Origin: Octopus sinensis
Lineage: Eukaryota
Assembly (NCBI RefSeq): GCF_006345805.1
Contig: NC_042997.1
Location: 62,186,001 to 62,250,000 of the forward strand
Reading direction: 5' to 3'
DNA length: 64,000 nucleotides
Shown here: one piece after another, positions 26,372-38,393 of the stretch
Layout: each line of letters starts with the position of its first letter
How positions within the stretch are numbered: the first letter of the stretch is position 1
Made by a program: the position numbers and the translations under genes
Notes under the pieces: generated by a model
What the model saw: the letters and a program-made list of their open reading frames with translations, nothing else
Database searches by the model: none
Told to the model about the DNA's origin: nothing

Positions 26372-28038
26372 CACTCGGCGGTCGTGTTTTTTTGCGCTCT
26401 GTAAAATTCGGTTAAAAAAGAAAAAAGAACAAAAAGTATTGTGGCTGTTGTAGAAATTTTGAACGTCGTTGATGCGGTTTCGCGTTACACTGGTTCTACG
26501 AGTTACACTTTTTCTGTTCGGGCGGCCGTTTTCAGTCTGTCAGACAGAAGGAAATGGACTTTGATTCCCTATCAGACTTGTCTACGTCTGAGGAGGAACT
26601 GGAACAGGCAGTGAGAATGATGGATCGAAAGCTGGGTTATACCTATGCCGGTGTAACCAAGAAGGCGGAAGAGAAAGGGGTGGACTTGGCCAAGCTGCCA
26701 AGTTACCAGAAATATATGAAAAAGGATAGCGGTGAGGTCGAACTAGCACCGACACCCAAGAGAAAAGAATGGTATGATAAAAGGACCATTATATACAGGG
26801 TGTTCGCAAACGAAAGGAAGAAGATAGAAGTTGTAAACATGGAGTGGATAGAGGAGGCGCTGAGAAGAACGGAGGAGGAAATTAATTTTCTGACTCGAGG
26901 ATCAAAGTATGGTACTGTAGTGGTACAGTTTAAAAGTGAGAATGCAGCAAGGAAGATGGCGGCGAAGGCGGTGAAATCCGAGAAGGTAACTCTTTTGCCT
27001 ACATATCTAAATAGAAGGATTACACGAGTAAGGGTGGAGGGAGTGCCACCAAGCGTTGAGGCCGAGTGGATTGTGGCGGCTGTGATTAGCGGCCACGAGG
27101 AGGAAGTGGATATTCTCCATGCCTCGGTTAAGACCGAGGGCTGGAGAGGCGTAACAGTGGAACTGAACATGCAGGCAGAGAATGAAGTACTGGTGGACCT
27201 GGCGGAAAGCATCAGATTGGGAGACGTGATCATGAGAGTGTGGGTGGAGGGCAGAGCTTCACGTTGTTACAAGTGTGGCCTGAGGGGTCACATAAGAGCC
27301 TTCTGCCCTCCCCCAGTGAAAGAAATGGATTCTGAACCACAGAGAGAGAAGCAGAAACCAGAGGAGAAGGAGACAGTAGAAGAAGAGAATCCACAGAAAT
27401 GGAAAGAAGCTGGGAATAAGAGGAAGAGGAGAATACGAGGAAAAGAAAATAACATAGAACACCAATCCACCCCAACACCACCCACACCCTCTGAGACCCA
27501 CCCTATCCCTGCAGACAGCGAACCCACCCGCTCCCCTCCAACAAGAAAACAAAAGAAAAAAAATAATACAGACAGACAAGAGTTTGAAAACGAACCCAGG
27601 CCGAACATTTATATTATGACTGAACAGAAAGAAGTTAAAAGGGTAATGGAAGAGTATAAATGGTATGAAATAGGTGAGACCAGATATGCAGTGCTGGAAT
27701 AGAAGAATATAGATGAGTTTGTGTTGAGGTGTGAAAGGGAGAATTGGGAGGTGAAAGATACAAGAATGAGCGATGAATTCGTGGAAAATATGGAGGAGTA
27801 TTTCGGAGTAAGAATGGATATGGATGGTCTTCGTATTGGGAATGAACATTCAGGTGACAGTGAAAACAAAAGGACAGGTAAGTGATGCTGGCGGAGGGGG
27901 CCGTTAGCATCACTTTCATATTATCATTTTTTCATTTTAATATTCATTAGCTCATAAATTTAATCATTTTGTTCTATGTCCCCCATGTTTTGTTATGTAA
28001 GTCAATCTTCGTAGCCCCTGGTGGGTAATGAAGAAATA
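26372..28038 (+). mobile_element. ORF1-only (HAL1-like) L1/Tx1-type non-autonomous retroelement
   Basis: Gag-like ORF, then a roughly 150-bp 3' UTR ending tagcccctggtgggtaatgaagaaata; no endonuclease or RT; 5' boundary approximate, no TSD seen. Confidence 0.6.
26554..27702 (+). CDS. Gag-like/ORF1p nucleic-acid-binding protein with CCHC zinc knuckle (382 aa; frame stays open 60 codons past TAG, to TGA at 27883-27885)
   Basis: CYKCGLRGHIRAFC (CX2CX4HX4C, 27265-27306), RRM-like central region, Pro/Lys/Glu-rich linker; purine-rich coding strand. Confidence 0.8.
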   Translation: MDFDSLSDLSTSEEELEQAVRMMDRKLGYTYAGVTKKAEEKGVDLAKLPSYQKYMKKDSGEVELAPTPKRKEWYDKRTIIYRVFANERKKIEVVNMEWIEEALRRTEEEINFLTRGSKYGTVVVQFKSENAARKMAAKAVKSEKVTLLPTYLNRRITRVRVEGVPPSVEAEWIVAAVISGHEEEVDILHASVKTEGWRGVTVELNMQAENEVLVDLAESIRLGDVIMRVWVEGRASRCYKCGLRGHIRAFCPPPVKEMDSEPQREKQKPEEKETVEEENPQKWKEAGNKRKRRIRGKENNIEHQSTPTPPTPSETHPIPADSEPTRSPPTRKQKKKNNTDRQEFENEPRPNIYIMTEQKEVKRVMEEYKWYEIGETRYAVLE

Positions 28039-31000
28039 ACATGGAGGAAAGCACCTTCGAAAAGTGTCTTGGTGCGACTATGAAAGGTATCTAATCAGAG
28101 GCGGTAAATTCGCCACAATAGAAGCAAGGTTCGAGTCAACTGAGCGTGCAAGGGAGTACTCGACTCGAACATGCAAAGTGGAAATATTTTATTTTTACCT
28201 TTATATCTGGGACGTGCCGGAAAAAAATTTAAAATGAAGTAGAGGTAAGCTGGATTGTAGTCACACTTCTATACAAGAGGGAGGACAAGATACAATTGAT
28301 CGAAATTACAAGAGACGGAATAACAATTCCAGTCTGTTATATATTTTGAGTATTGTTATCACTAGCGATATCGAGATGTAACTTTCTATTTTGTATTTTA
28401 TGTGTAGATGTATATATATAGATGTACATGTAATATGTACACATATATATACACATATATACATGCACTAGCACTATGACCCGGCAACGACGGGTCTTTA
28501 ATGCTAGTTACCGGATATAGTTTATGAGATCTGTATTATCCCTTTTATCGATGGTTCTGAGTGGCGTGGCTTGATTGTCTTTGCGTGAATCTTTCTTCGG
28601 TGAAATTGGCCTTCTGGTCTGCATCCGTAGGTTTGACCTCTGCCCTTGACGTGGTGGTCTCAGTGTTATTTGATTTTTACGGTGGGCATGCTGTAGAGGT
28701 CTTGCATGAGTCTTCAATATCAACATATCTCAATCACATAAATCCACCCCATTTTCATCTAGTGATGAGATATTATCTTTCATGAGTAAACTTTTTACAT
28801 ACCTTTTCTCCGTATAGAGGTTTTACAGGTTTATATTTTTAAATATAGTTTTAGTATTTTTCATTTTTCTCTTTTTCTTGGATTTCTCCCCAATAATCTT
28901 TCACCGAACACGTCTGGAATTTCGGAAAATTTCCAAAATTTAACCACCACTTGTCTCTTCATATCTCTTCCTTTCTCTCTCCCCTCTCTTGCCTTCTCTT
29001 CTTCACTTCATTTATATGTATGTAGGTGAATGCGTATGAGTGCGTGTCAGGGACCGACATAAAGTGATAGGGGAGATAATCCTCTCCCCCAAAACAGCAG
29101 AACTACACCTTTCAAAATACTAAAAAACAATACTATATTTTCCATTTGCGTATGACGATACCCTACGCTCCTGATTAGGCGCCCTCTCTACTTCTGCTTC
29201 TGCCGTAAAATTGTTCATACCTGGTGATTTCAAAATGCCACAAAAGGAGCTTGTGGGTTACACTGGGCAAAAAAGAACCCACGTCCTATGCATCGTTGAC
29301 ATATAATACGTCTTAATATCTGTCAAAAATTTTCTCTAACATTTGACATGCTGTTTTAAATGGGATCCCATTTTCTTCCCAATTCGACCTTACTGATGCA
29401 TTTCGCTTAAGTGTTTTATTAGGTCTTTATTAATCATCCGAAGGGTTGAGAATTTAATTTACTTTAGGAAGGAAGTTAGTTCCGCCTGACGAGAAATGGG
29501 CTCATATCATTATTCGTAGTAGACTCTTTTTGGTGCTTTCAATTAAGAACTTAATTTTCAATTTGAATAATATTTCAGTCGGAGACAGTTATTGAACAAT
29601 TTGGAAAGTCTACACTTACAATAGTCAGAAAACAAAATCAGGCTTTTCGAATATTTAAATTTTATTTTGGCGTTTTATGCTCAAGCAAAAATGGCTTCTT
29701 TTTCCGAATACACCTCAGACAAAAATATATATTGAATATAGCAAAACAATTACGCAATTAATATTAAGAAACATATAATTAGATGCTAGAAAATGAAAGA
29801 AATAACATACTAACAAAAAAAAAAAACCCAGCCTAACTGACATGTTTGACAACAGCAGCAGCAGTAGCAACGGCAAGAACAACAACAATAGCTGTAGTAG
29901 CACTAACAACAGCATCATGAACAGTAGAACTATTGTATATCAAACAAAAATAACATTAACAAAACACTATCTCTTGCAAATGCTTCTTCGAACGATAAAT
30001 ACATTAATTTGGAATATTTTGCTGAAAGAACTAAAGCGTGACAATATTTTTTCTGCAAGACAGTTACCACTCTACCCAAATCCACCACAGGTGTTTTGAA
30101 GAGGAGGTGTATATCTTGCCCGTACTTCGCTAAGGTCACTAAGTCTTTCCTTATACCATCCAAGGAAGAGAAAAGATAGCCCTAGCAGATACTTTAGTGA
30201 AATCTCTTTAATTGGGAAGAGGTCGTTTGATACAATATCTCTCATCTTTAAGACAATGAATGGTGCGAATAGCAAGCTCAAGATCTATGAGACAAACGTC
30301 CATACACTAGCCTCACAGGATTTGGGAAGAGAACTACAAAGGTAACAGTCAGGACATTGGTGATCACATCGACTCCTGACGTATAGTCCCTTTCGTGGCA
30401 CAGTATGGGCAGGTGGTTTACGGCGAAGTAGCTTTAATTAATATACGGTTGTATGGAGTCACAATGGACCTACAATCACCAAAAAAATCCACAAAACAAT
30501 GCCAGAATTGTGTTCTGTAGGGGTGGTGAGAAGAAGGTGTTAAAACTCAGCATCTGATTATAAAACTATTCAAAGGCTTTGCACCCTGAAATCCTGAAAG
30601 GTAAAAAAATAACAGCAAAAACAAATTATGGAGGTTGATGGACACAGGGTAGCAGTGGGAACAACGCTAGAATCGTAAAAAATTGACCCTTTTACATTGC
30701 CAGAAACTAATGAAAAGAGCCCGTCCGTTGTAAACAATGAATCACTCAAAGTAACATCAGCAATAATCAACCGACGAAGAAGTAGCTCTCGTGATAGTAC
30801 CGCCCGATCCATGTAGGAAGTTGGGGATCAAACAGAAGCCAAAGGAGAAAGGTAAAGTCTTAATAGTGATAATTATAACGAAACCATAACGTACCTGGTT
30901 AGCCCTTGGTGAAGATACGCCTGTTATATGAGGAGGATGGCTTCTTTAGCCTTGGCTGGTGTCTCTGCTACAGATCGTGTCTCAATAAAGATACATGTGG

Positions 31001-31179
31001 TTATGCCACCTTAAAACGTACTCCGAGACCAACAGATGCCGAGTTGGCAGCCGGCGGACTGAAGCTTGTCACACGGTGGGTGGAGTGGCCTTGCTTTAGA
31101 CTTTGCTGACAATCCTTATAAAGATGGTGTCTCGATAAAAATACCTGGAGTCGAGTAAAAAAAACTTAATCTAATCATG

Positions 31180-32775
31180 AGTGGAAGTATAAAATAATGA
31201 GATTACAGATAACACTAAAACTGAAAATAGTAGCCGTGGAAATGAAGCTCTATTAGGTGACAGGCAGATAGTATAGGGGCATATTCTTGTCGGTTGGCGT
31301 CCTTTTACTACAAGTCAGGTAGAAGTAAATATCAAACAACTACACCGGCGTAGAATCATAATGAGCCAGAATGATGAGAGAAGGCACTCAAAACTACCTG
31401 GATGAAAGAACTAAACAAGCTGGCAATGAAATGTTACTTTGTGGGCAAACTGAATAAAATAAAGTAGACGCGAAATTTAGTAATTTAGAACGAGATAAAT
31501 GTGTTTCCAGTGAGAGAACAGAAATTATTAAGGCAAGCATTTTCTTTAAAACGTTATGTCTATCTATTGAACATGGAATTAGGAGAAATAGAACAGCAAA
31601 TAGAAAACGGATGACGACGGTGAAGAGGAAGATGATGTAAATGAAGGGTATACAGAGATAAAGAAAGTGTTAAACAATCACAGGGAAGAAAGTGCTGAAT
31701 TGGACTGAGAGGAAATAAAAATGAGAATGTGACAGAATGTCAGTGACAAAGTGATTGAATTAATGGACAACAGACAAACTTTAACCATCATCGTGTTCAG
31801 TACGGGAATAATCAAACTGGTTAAGGAAGAGAAATAAAAACCAAAAAGATTGTTGAAAATTTACAGAGCCTTACAACGATAAACAGATATCGAAAGAATG
31901 TAAAGGGATAGAGAAGGAGGACTGATTAGTAAAGAAAACTGTCACTGACAGTGAAGAGTGCTTTGGACATCAACAAGAAGGGATGATGTGTCAGCTGAAG
32001 TAAGAGAAAACGTGAGTTTCTCGGGGCTAGAAAGCAACGATACGAGCAGAAAAATTTAAGCGGAAGCATTTTCCCAAGTACAGAAGGCTTGAGTTTAGCT
32101 TCGAGAGATCAAGCAATTACAACAAAAAGATTTACGAAAAATATACACAAGGAAGACATCTCAGTTAAATATGAAATGTGTGGGAAAAGAGAAGAAACGG
32201 TTGTGCATATAGTCTCCGAATGTAAACTGCTTGCTCAGAGAGTCTCGTAATAAATATATGGATATAAGTTTGCTACAAACATGCATGGACTTGCGCAAAT
32301 AGTATGGCCATAAAATAGAACACATCCTTGAAAATAACAATGTAAAGAGTAAGCAAACAAAACATTCATGTTTAGATACTGTTGTATTTACTAAAGAGAA
32401 AGGAATGTGCATTTTAATCGTTGTTCCTTTTTTATTTGACACAAGAAGAGTAGAAAGGCCATATACGCAAAATAAGAAAATACCAATGGCTAAAATACGA
32501 ACTTAAGACAATCTGTAATAGCCGTAAAGTTGTTATTATCCCAATTATTACAGGAATCTTGAGAACAGTTGCGAGAAGTTGAAACGATTGGTTGAGAATG
32601 TTGGATGTGAAGGTGAAATTCCTGACTCTACAGAATGGCTCTTTGTTTGACACAGAAAGTATTCGAAGAAGGATGCTAGACAACTAAGATTTATGGGATG
32701 CAACTTGATTAATAATCCAAAAATGGCTGAACAACGACGAAATACTGAGTAATCGATAATAATAATAATAATAAT
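31180..32775 (+). mobile_element. Heavily decayed R4/Dong-like retrotransposon
   Basis: KTKRLLKIYRAL..DIER..EGGL, CEMCGKREETVVHIVSECKLLAQ, VIIPIITGIL and TLQNGSLF fragments; (TAA)n tail. Confidence 0.7.
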
Positions 32776-33103
32776 TCTTTCTAATAAAGCCACAAAGCCT
32801 GGAATTTTAGGGGAGGAGACTAGTTTATTATAACAACTGTCCAGTGTTTCACTGGTACTAATTTATCGAACTCAAAAGGAGGAACCTACGCGGAATTTGA
32901 ACTCAAAACATAAAGATGGACGAAAAACCTCTTAACATTTTGCCAGCACGCCACCTTAATAATAATAATGATAATACTGATGATGATGATGATGATAACA
33001 ACAACAACAACAACAACAAAAACAACAACAATAATATTAAAGATAGACTAGCAATGATAATGATAATAACAATGAGGATGATGATGATGATGATGATGAT
33101 GAT

Positions 33104-33331
33104 GTGCCAATTATTGTTGGGTCCTTGGAGACAGTATCAAAAGACACCAAGAAAAACATAAAGGAAATCGGAATAAAGACTCCGGCAAACCTGTTACCAC
33201 CTCCTTGGCACGATCAGAATAATCAGAAAAGTATTTGATACTTCAAAAGATAGCAAGGACCCGTAGGCTGCAGGCAGCAAGCCTGCTATGCATGCAAGAC
33301 TCCAGGAGTTCCAACAAAACCTGACTTTAAA
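33104..33331 (+). mobile_element. Short 3' end of an R4/Dong-like element
   Basis: VPIIVGSLETVSK, then GTIRIIRKVFD in a shifted frame; preceded by (TGA)n and followed by (TAA)n/(TGA)n. Confidence 0.7.
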
Positions 33332-33353
33332 AATAATAATAATAATAATAATA

Positions 33354-33409
<56 letters not shown>

Positions 33410-33415
33410 AATAAT

Positions 33416-33462
<47 letters not shown>

Positions 33463-33544
33463 TATTAATAATAATAATAATAATAATAATGATAATAATA
33501 ATAATAATAATAATAATAAAATAATAATAATAATAATAATAATA
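33332..33544. repeat. (TAA)n/(TGA)n microsatellite
   Basis: Direct run. Confidence 0.95.
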
Positions 33545-35960
33545 AATGAAAACACAACAACACATACATATAAAATATGAAAGGAAAATAACATAAATAT
33601 AGACTTGGATACAGCAATGAACCCTAATAAACTAGCCAACGTACGAAGATACATTCTCAACGCAAAACAAATATCAGAAATAGAAATAGAACATCTAAAA
33701 GAAAAAATACATCAGGAAAATGTAGATAGAAGCCACACAACAATGCCCAATAATATAAATACTGAAACAGTAAAACACGAAGACAAACGTAACATTCCCA
33801 ACAAACACGATGTAAACAAAAAACAACAAACAGCAAGCCAAAACACGGCAAACAAACATATAAATAAGAAAGAAAGCGACACAAATCTAAAACCTGGAAA
33901 CAACGAAGAGGAGCCTAATGATTATGATAATATAAAAAGTTAAATAATCAAAGAACTGAAAACCACAGAGCCCAAAATGGACCACCGACCATACCTCCCA
34001 AAAATCAAAATAGACGAAACAACAACACCAATTATAAACAGCATAAACCTAGCCGTTACGGAACTAATAGCCACTGAAACAAAAAGCGATATCACTGAGC
34101 TAAATGACTTAGTATACGCAGCAGCCACTGCAGCCACAAAACCATCCGAACAGGAGTACCACCACCCAAACAAACCCTGTGGATAAATAACATCCAAAAG
34201 AAAATACAAAAAATGAGAAAAGATCTGTCGATTCTTAATGAAATCAGTAGACAATCAACGCTACTGAGCAACAAAAAGAAAACAAAAATACTCTGCAAAT
34301 ATAACATCACAGAAAAAGATTTACCTGAGATAAAAGAAAAGCTGAAGCAAGATATCCTTGCCAAAGCACAAAGGATCCGCCGGTGCGAGAAACGCCAGCG
34401 CTTCTTTGAACAAAACAAAAAGTTCAACTCCAACCCCAAAAAGTTCTACCAAGAACTTGGCAAAAATAAAATAGAAATCACTGCAGCACCAACGGCAAAA
34501 GAAGTGGAAGAATTCTGGAGAGAAATATGGTCGGCGAACGAACAACCAAAAAAAAAAAGGAGTATTAAAACAACAAACTCAGCATCTGAGCAACTTTGGA
34601 CCCCCATAACAACTGAAGAGGTCACCCAGGCACTGCAAAGACTAAGCAACTGGAAGGCACCTGGGCATGACAAGATCCCCAACTTCTGGTTGAAATATCT
34701 AACAGGAATGCACAAAAAGCTGGCTGAAAACTTTAACATTCCCAACAAACACGATGTAAACAAAAAACAACAAACCCAGATCGTAAGGATGCATAATAAT
34801 ACACGACAAACAGCAAGCCAAAACACGGCAAACAAACATATAAATAAGAAAGAAAGCGACACAAATCTAAAACCAACTGAAAACCACAGAGCTCAAAATG
34901 GCAGAGCCAGAGACAATGCCTGAATGGCTCACGAAGGGGAAAACCATCTTAATTCCCAAATCAAATGAGACAGCAAAACCAGAAAACTACAGACCAATAA
35001 CCTGTCTCCCTACAATGTACAAGGCATTCACTGCAGTGATATCGCAAAGGTTGAACAAGCACCTGGACGAAAATAACCTGTTTCCAGAAGAGCAGAAAGG
35101 GTGCCGCAAAGGCTCATATGGCTGTAAAGATCAACTAATGATTAATAAAGCCATAACTGAAGACAGCCACAGAAAGAAGAAAAGCCTCAGTATGGCCTGG
35201 CTCGACTACAAAAAGGCGTTTGATAGCATCCCCCACACATAGATCCTCGAAACACTAGCCATTAACAAAGTAGCACCAACAATCATAAAATTTATATGGC
35301 ACTATGAATAAATGGCAAACAGTACTACAGCTCCAAACAAAAGAGGGACTCATGAAAACCAAAGCCATCCCCATTAGAAGAGGAATATTCCAGGGAGATA
35401 CGCTCTCTCCACTCCTTTTCTGCTTGACACTGTCACCTCTATCTGATATGCTAAATAGAACTGGATGCAGATATAAATGTTACGGCAAAACGATCAGCCA
35501 CCTTTTATATATGGATGACCTAAAACTATACGCTGCAAATGACAAACAGCTGGAAACACTATTAAAGACAGTTCATGGATTTACCAAAGAAATAGATATG
35601 AAATTTGGATTAGAAAAATACTCCAAAGTAACCATGAAAAGAGGAAAACTAGTTAAGAGTAGCAACATCACACTAGATAAAACCAATGAAATAAAAGAAT
35701 TAGACCAAAGCCAAACTTACAAATACTTAGGAATCCATGAACTAGATAAGACACAACACACACAAATGAAAGAGAAAATAAAAAAAGAATATTATAGACG
35801 AGTTAGATCAATACTAAAAACAGAGCTCAATGCTAAAAACAAGATAATAGGTATTAACACTTTAGCTGTCCCAGTTATAAGTTACAGCTACAATATCCTT
35901 AACTGGACACTAAATGAACTGACCAAAATAGATAGGAAAATAAGAAAAATAATGAAGGTG
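33545..35960 (+). mobile_element. R4/Dong-clade non-LTR retrotransposon: N-terminal region plus RT, 3'-truncated
   Basis: KLANVRRYIL..SEIEIE, WKAPGHDKIPNFWLK, NYRPITCLPTMYK, WLDYKKAFDSIPH, RGIFQGDTLSPLLF, LLYMDDLKLY, YKYLGI; few stops/frameshifts; starts in (TAA)n. Confidence 0.93.
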
Positions 35961-36219
35961 AATTATCCTAACTCCAAATAATTCCTTTCAATACATGGCT
36001 ATGATGTTCCCCCACTACTTCTGCTCGGGAACTGAGATGCACATATCGTCAGCCACTAAGGGACATGCTCAACCGGTTACGGTCAAGCAACTGACAAGCA
36101 ATTCTGTGGTATCGAGCAGAATATTTGCTGCAGCCCATCTTTTATACAAAACAGTGTACATGATAAATCAAGTTAAGATCAGAAGCCATGAGAACCACTG
36201 CCTGGTACTGCATCAGGGC

Positions 36220-36275
<56 letters not shown>
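35961..36275 (+). mobile_element. Probable 3' end of another non-LTR element with a (TTA)n tail
   Basis: Abruptly replaces the RT frame; open frame ISSATKGHAQ..VVSSRIFAAAHLL, then (TTA)n; clade not determined. Confidence 0.4.
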
Positions 36276-36279
<4 letters not shown>

Positions 36280-38302
36280 GTTTGTATTTTAAAGCTTACA
36301 GATATCTCTCTAGAGATCTTCGACAAAACCTGACGACTGACAAATTTTACTGGTAGAGGATGTTTCTGTTTTGGACAGTTTTGCCGATAGGGGAATTGGA
36401 AACATTTAGAATTCTATCCCATCACCTAGGGCAGACAAAATGTTTCTCTTCTAGAATTTTTAAAATTTCCTCTGAGATATTAACAAGAAATTAAGTAAAA
36501 TATGAAATAATTTTCGAATACACGAATACGAAACTGATGAAAAGAATTACAAAATTAAATAAAAATTAAAATGAATGAAAATGACTCACTCGCAAACACA
36601 GAGCCACAATTTGACACCCGGAAACACAAATTCGTACGACAAAAACGGAAGTACAAGCAACAACTGCAACTATAACTACACTGCAAAGTTATTCTGTATT
36701 AACATGTTCTAACAGCAATCTTATTGTTAGCATCATAAACAAGAGAGAGGTTTGAGACATGGGTGCAATCCAGTTAAAGAAAGAGGCGTGGTAGCGATGT
36801 CAAACAGGAGTGTCACTCATTGTCTGATGTATTTACCAGAGAGCGAGTAAGTATTAAAGTGGTATACCTCATCTTGACAAAGGTCAAAGGAATCTTTGTT
36901 ATAACTTCAAAGGAGCAGTTAAAAGAATCCCCGCACAATTAATATCATGGCGTATGTATCTGGTATTCAAAACTAATGAGAGGTGAAAAATCAGGCTGAA
37001 CTGATGCTCCATACACCTTGTCGATAAGCTGCAGCTGCAATATATATGGGACACAAGAGTCACAAGGGAGAGTGGCAATTACGTTGAGAATTGGCTCGTT
37101 GTTTACTTTACAGTACATTACGAAAATCGAATGACATCTAGTGGATTTACCTTCACCGACATGTGCTGATAAATCCTAAAGACCAAAGAACAGTTCCGAA
37201 TGTGTTACTCCATTTTGGAGACAGAGGAAATTGAGAAAATAAATCATTCATAGCATTGTTGCAAACTCGGCAAACAAAATCTCGCAGTAATCTAGATTTT
37301 ATGTTCTTAAATGGATGATGCATTTGTAGACAACATAGACTACCAAAATAACTGTATTATACAGTAGTAGGCGACTTAGGTAAATACGGTAGACTGCCAA
37401 ACTAAACGATTGGATAATTCAAGGTGACTCACAGTAGACGGACGAAATGCCGCTAAACGTTTTGGCAGGCGTGTTAACGATGCTGACAGCTCACCGCTTT
37501 AATGTTAATTGAAATGCTGGTTTCATATTTTGGCATTAATTTCGAGGGAGGGTGCAAGTGGATTGCATCGTTCCCAGCACTCAACTGGTACTTATTTTAT
37601 CGAATCCGAAAGGATGGAAAGCAAACTCGATCTCGGCGGCGTTTGAACTCAGTACGTAAAGACGGAGGAAATGCTGCTAAGCATTTTCCTCGGCGTACTA
37701 ACAATTTTGTCAGCTCGTCATCTTTAACAAATTGTAATAATGGTTTCAAATTTTAACACAGGACAACAATTCCAGGGGATAGGTAAATCAATTATACCGA
37801 CGCCAGTGTTCAACTGGTACTTGTTTTATCAACCCCGAAAGAATGAACGGCAAAGTTGGCCTCTGCAAAATTTGAACTCACAGCGTAAAGACGAACGAAA
37901 CACTGCTAAATATTTTTCCTGACGTGCTAACATTTCTACCAGCTTGCTGCCTTACCCTAATATTACGTACTAACCATAGTAATTGTGTGTGAGAGCGCGA
38001 AAAAATTAAGAGCCGTTTTTTTTCATCTAAAGACAAGTAGTTCTTGATATCCATACCATCTTTGTCTTGGAAAACAGATTGCGAAAATATAATAGCTTGA
38101 GACGACGGAATGACCTAAAAGATATTACAGTTCTATATTTAAGAGATGAGGAATTATTTACATTTGACGGATGTTTGTCCTCATCTTGTTTGTTGTTAAC
38201 ACAACGTTTCGGCTGATACACCCTACAGTCTTGGGGTAATTTCGAACCTGGGTTTTCATTCCTAAGGTATTTTTTTGATATTATTATTATTATTATTATT
38301 AT

Positions 38303-38370
38303 TCAGGCCACTGCTTGGAATTGAACTCGGAATCAGTAGCCCGCGCTCTTAACCACTACGCCATATGCTC
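38303..38370 (-). promoter_or_regulatory. tRNA-like Pol III A/B-box unit inside the PLE terminal repeat
   Basis: A box TGGCGTAGTGG (38363-38353), B box GTTCAATTC (38327-38319); B box GTTCGATTC also present in the inverted copy near 38977. Confidence 0.6.
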
Positions 38371-38393
38371 GTGGACAATTATGGAGTGAATTT

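Larger units (their letters stand above)
25688..28507 (+). mobile_element. Non-autonomous Helitron-like element (about 2.8 kb) enclosing an ORF1-only retroelement
   Basis: A|TC at 25687|25688; (CTGT)n near the 5' end; 147-bp internal repeat 25745/25892; hairpin GACCCG..CGGGTC 28478-28496; CTAG|T at 28504-28508. That the two ends belong to one element is inferred. Confidence 0.6.

Noticed and set aside
26703-27919. Several minus-strand ORFs of 85-196 aa
   Set aside because: Antisense shadows of the purine-rich gag-like ORF
29385-29445. Minus-strand CGAAATGCATC with a palindromic AUGCAU
   Set aside because: Upstream core is mutated and stems I and II do not pair convincingly
30290-31140. GC-richer region that might be the 5' part of the adjacent retroelement
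   Set aside because: No identifiable protein or RNA motif; cannot be assigned by eye
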